Program-made: the position numbers and the translations under genes
The notes under the pieces: generated by a model
What the model was told of the DNA's origin: nothing
Databases searched by the model: none
The model's input: the letters and a program-made list of their open reading frames with translations, nothing else
Shown here: positions 61,619 through 64,000 of the stretch, in pieces
Position numbering within the stretch: position 1 is the stretch's first letter
How the letters are laid out: each line of letters starts with the position of its first letter
Origin: Lama glama
Lineage: Eukaryota
Assembly: GCA_028534125.1 (NCBI GenBank)
Contig: CM052816.1
Coordinates: 54,438,001-54,502,000 of the forward strand
Direction of reading: 5' to 3'
DNA: 64,000 bases

Positions 61619-63309
61619 ACATACAGCTTGTAGAATGACACCGTGAGAGGCGCAGTACATACACTACTGTCCCCATTATGAACAAAAGATACAGATGCCA
61701 CCGGACTTAGCAATGCCCACCAGGCTAGTCTGTAAAAGAGCTGGGATCAGGTCCCATAGTGCCAGCTGGTTTTGCAACTGTTATACCTTACAAAGGTAGG
61801 AAGCATGACAAGCCAACAGTTTTAAGTGGAAGTCAACCAGGGAAGTCAACCATGTACTATTTCCTCTTTTTCTTCCTCCTCCAAGGACTCTCCGGTCAGC
61901 CTTCCACCTGATTCCATGGCATTGAGCTATTTAGAGGTTCATCCTGGCCATGCAGACCATTTATTTACCCGAAAGTGAGATTAGAAGTTGACCTTCAGGG
62001 TCCTTAACAGATGACACCAGAGTACAAAGAAGAAGACCACAAGGCCACGGGACCACAAGGCCACAGGATCCATGCCGAAAGCTAGAGCTGGCGCAGAAGC
62101 CCTGCTTGCAAAACAGCGCAGAGTTCTTACAGTGGGAGTTCACATACCATAAACGAACAAACAATTTTTTATGAGACTATGGTTTATAAATTCCCGACTC
62201 AAAGACTGGATGATATTAAGTCTTAATAATTTGCTGGCCAGTTGGGCAGAGACTGGGAAGAGGGGAAAGGAGAGAGGCCAGCTTTTGCAAAACAGCTGCG
62301 TACCCAGTCCTTGGGCCAGACCCAAAGAACTGGTGAAAAGAAACTCCTTATTATAGCCTTGTGAGAGTTTTTGTTTTATAAACTGTGACTGGAAAAATTT
62401 GTATCAAACTGTTAGTAGTGGTTATTCCAGGGGAAATGAAGACTTTTTGAAAAGTTCCACTATCAACAGTTTTCAGTAGATAACAGCCTCTCTTCAGTCT
62501 TCTTTACACTTTCAAAAGCCCTATGATAACACCTTCAATTTAGAAAACACACAGCCTTTGCTAAGTGTCCTTGTCCATTGCTTCAACCAAGTCACGTCAA
62601 CACTCTATATAGGAATCCTGTCCTTCAATGAACTAAGCCCAAATCCCCCCAAAGACAAAAGAAGCACAGAGAGAGACCTTCCACTGAGAGGGGAGGGACT
62701 GCTGTGCAAGCCACTTCTCCAGCTCCCTCTCTTCCTGAGTTGCTGTGTCTGTTCAGGGTCCTCATAATTTCAGCTCTGACCCTCGTTCCAATTACAAAAT
62801 CGAGTTTAGAAGGTATTCTGTCTGCTCTTTCTCTTGGTGTTTACGTGCCTGCCTCATGAGTTAAAATCAATGGCAAATGGCTACTCTGAAAAGTAAGACA
62901 GAAATCATTTTAATGTAACTTGCCCATGAGTAAGATTAATGCTCCCTTTTAGCCTGTCTTCTTTATTTGGAACCAAGTATATTTAGTCCTTTGGTCTGGT
63001 TAAAGCAAATATGGAAATCAACTCTTCTTTGTGCAAATAAGTCAATTACTCCTAAGAAGTATTGTACCTGGTTAATAATTCTCTGGGACCCACCTACAGA
63101 CTTGTATCCTAGGAAAGGCAATTTACAAATGAGACCCTTGTGATTTGAAAAAGTGGTTCATTTTCTCTCTACTCATCGGTGAGAGCAGGGCCGCCGCTGA
63201 ATTATTGGGTTGTAATGGGCTGGCTTCCCATTAACTTTAATACTCCTGTATCTGCATTGCTCTCACCAACTAAACACGACCTCACTATTAAAATCAAGAA
63301 TATTCTCAC

Positions 63310-63455
63310 AGGTGATAAATGTGTTCATTATCTTGGTCTCGGTGATCATTCCACCATAGGTATGTATATCGAATCATCACATTGTACACTTTAAATATAT
63401 ACAATTATATCTGTCAATTATTCCTCAATAAAGTTTGGAGAGAAAAAGAAAAAAA
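63310..63455 (+). mobile_element. Short L1 3' terminus with polyA and TSD
   Basis: gaatcatcacattgtacactttaaatatatacaattatatctgtcaattattcctcaataaag. TSD aagaatattctcac (63296-63309) / aataatactctcac (63456-63469). Confidence 0.8.
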
Positions 63456-64000
63456 AATAATACTCTCACTAAACCCAACAATGACGTCAAGATGATTTGA
63501 TGGGGAGAAGTGGATGGCTTAATTATATTTCAACATATCATTGGGGAAAAGGAAGAGAAGGAGAAAGAAAGGGAGAGAGAGAGAAGACAGTATTCACAGG
63601 GCACAAAATAGAAAGGGTATTAGCACTGCTAAGACTGCTCAGCTGTTTCCAAGGCTGGAAAACAGAATAAAGGGATTAGAATTTACCAAAGTGTCTAAAC
63701 TATTTTAATATTTAGTAAATAAAGCATTTTAAGTTGGGGGAAGGGGGAGATAGAATATCAATAAACAGTATTAGGATAATTTGCTAACATTTTTAAAAAG
63801 TAATTTGGGTAGATTAAAGATTTTAATGTTTTCATTTTAGATTTAATTTTATTTTAATTTTTGATGAAAATTTCAACATTATAAAAATGCCAAAAATTAT
63901 AAATGAATAGTTGCATAATGTTGGGAATAACAGTGTTTTTCTAAGAATAACACCAAAGGCAACGGTGTAAAGAAAAAGACTGATATATTTGACTTCGGTA

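Overview
This is mammalian genomic DNA, most likely camelid: it has four tRNA-derived SINEs resembling the camelid vic-1 family, plus cetartiodactyl-type L1 ends. The only confidently identified protein-coding sequence is the first coding exon of PDE8B (cAMP-specific phosphodiesterase 8B) on the minus strand (ATG at 27252, phase-0 donor after 26908, 115 codons, [22 protein letters not shown]...YTSVK), inside a CpG island. Positions 1-26907 are the start of its long first intron; I did not find exon 2. A second CpG island (~44.1-45.8 kb) holds a candidate alternative first exon (MDPPSALQ|GTGAG, same splice phase). The rest is ordinary intronic/intergenic DNA rich in L1, L2, MIR, MaLR/ERV LTRs, MER DNA transposons and microsatellites, with three placeholder gaps of exactly 500 N. 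The best leads are alternative PDE8B first exons, a 19-bp minisatellite forming an array of MiT/TFE/USF-type E-boxes, a 28-bp minisatellite carrying CCCTAACCC, a strong-context uORF, and a short L1 5'UTR/3'UTR fusion. I see no support for a novel multi-gene system. Repeat family names and the human protein comparison come from memory, not from a database search.
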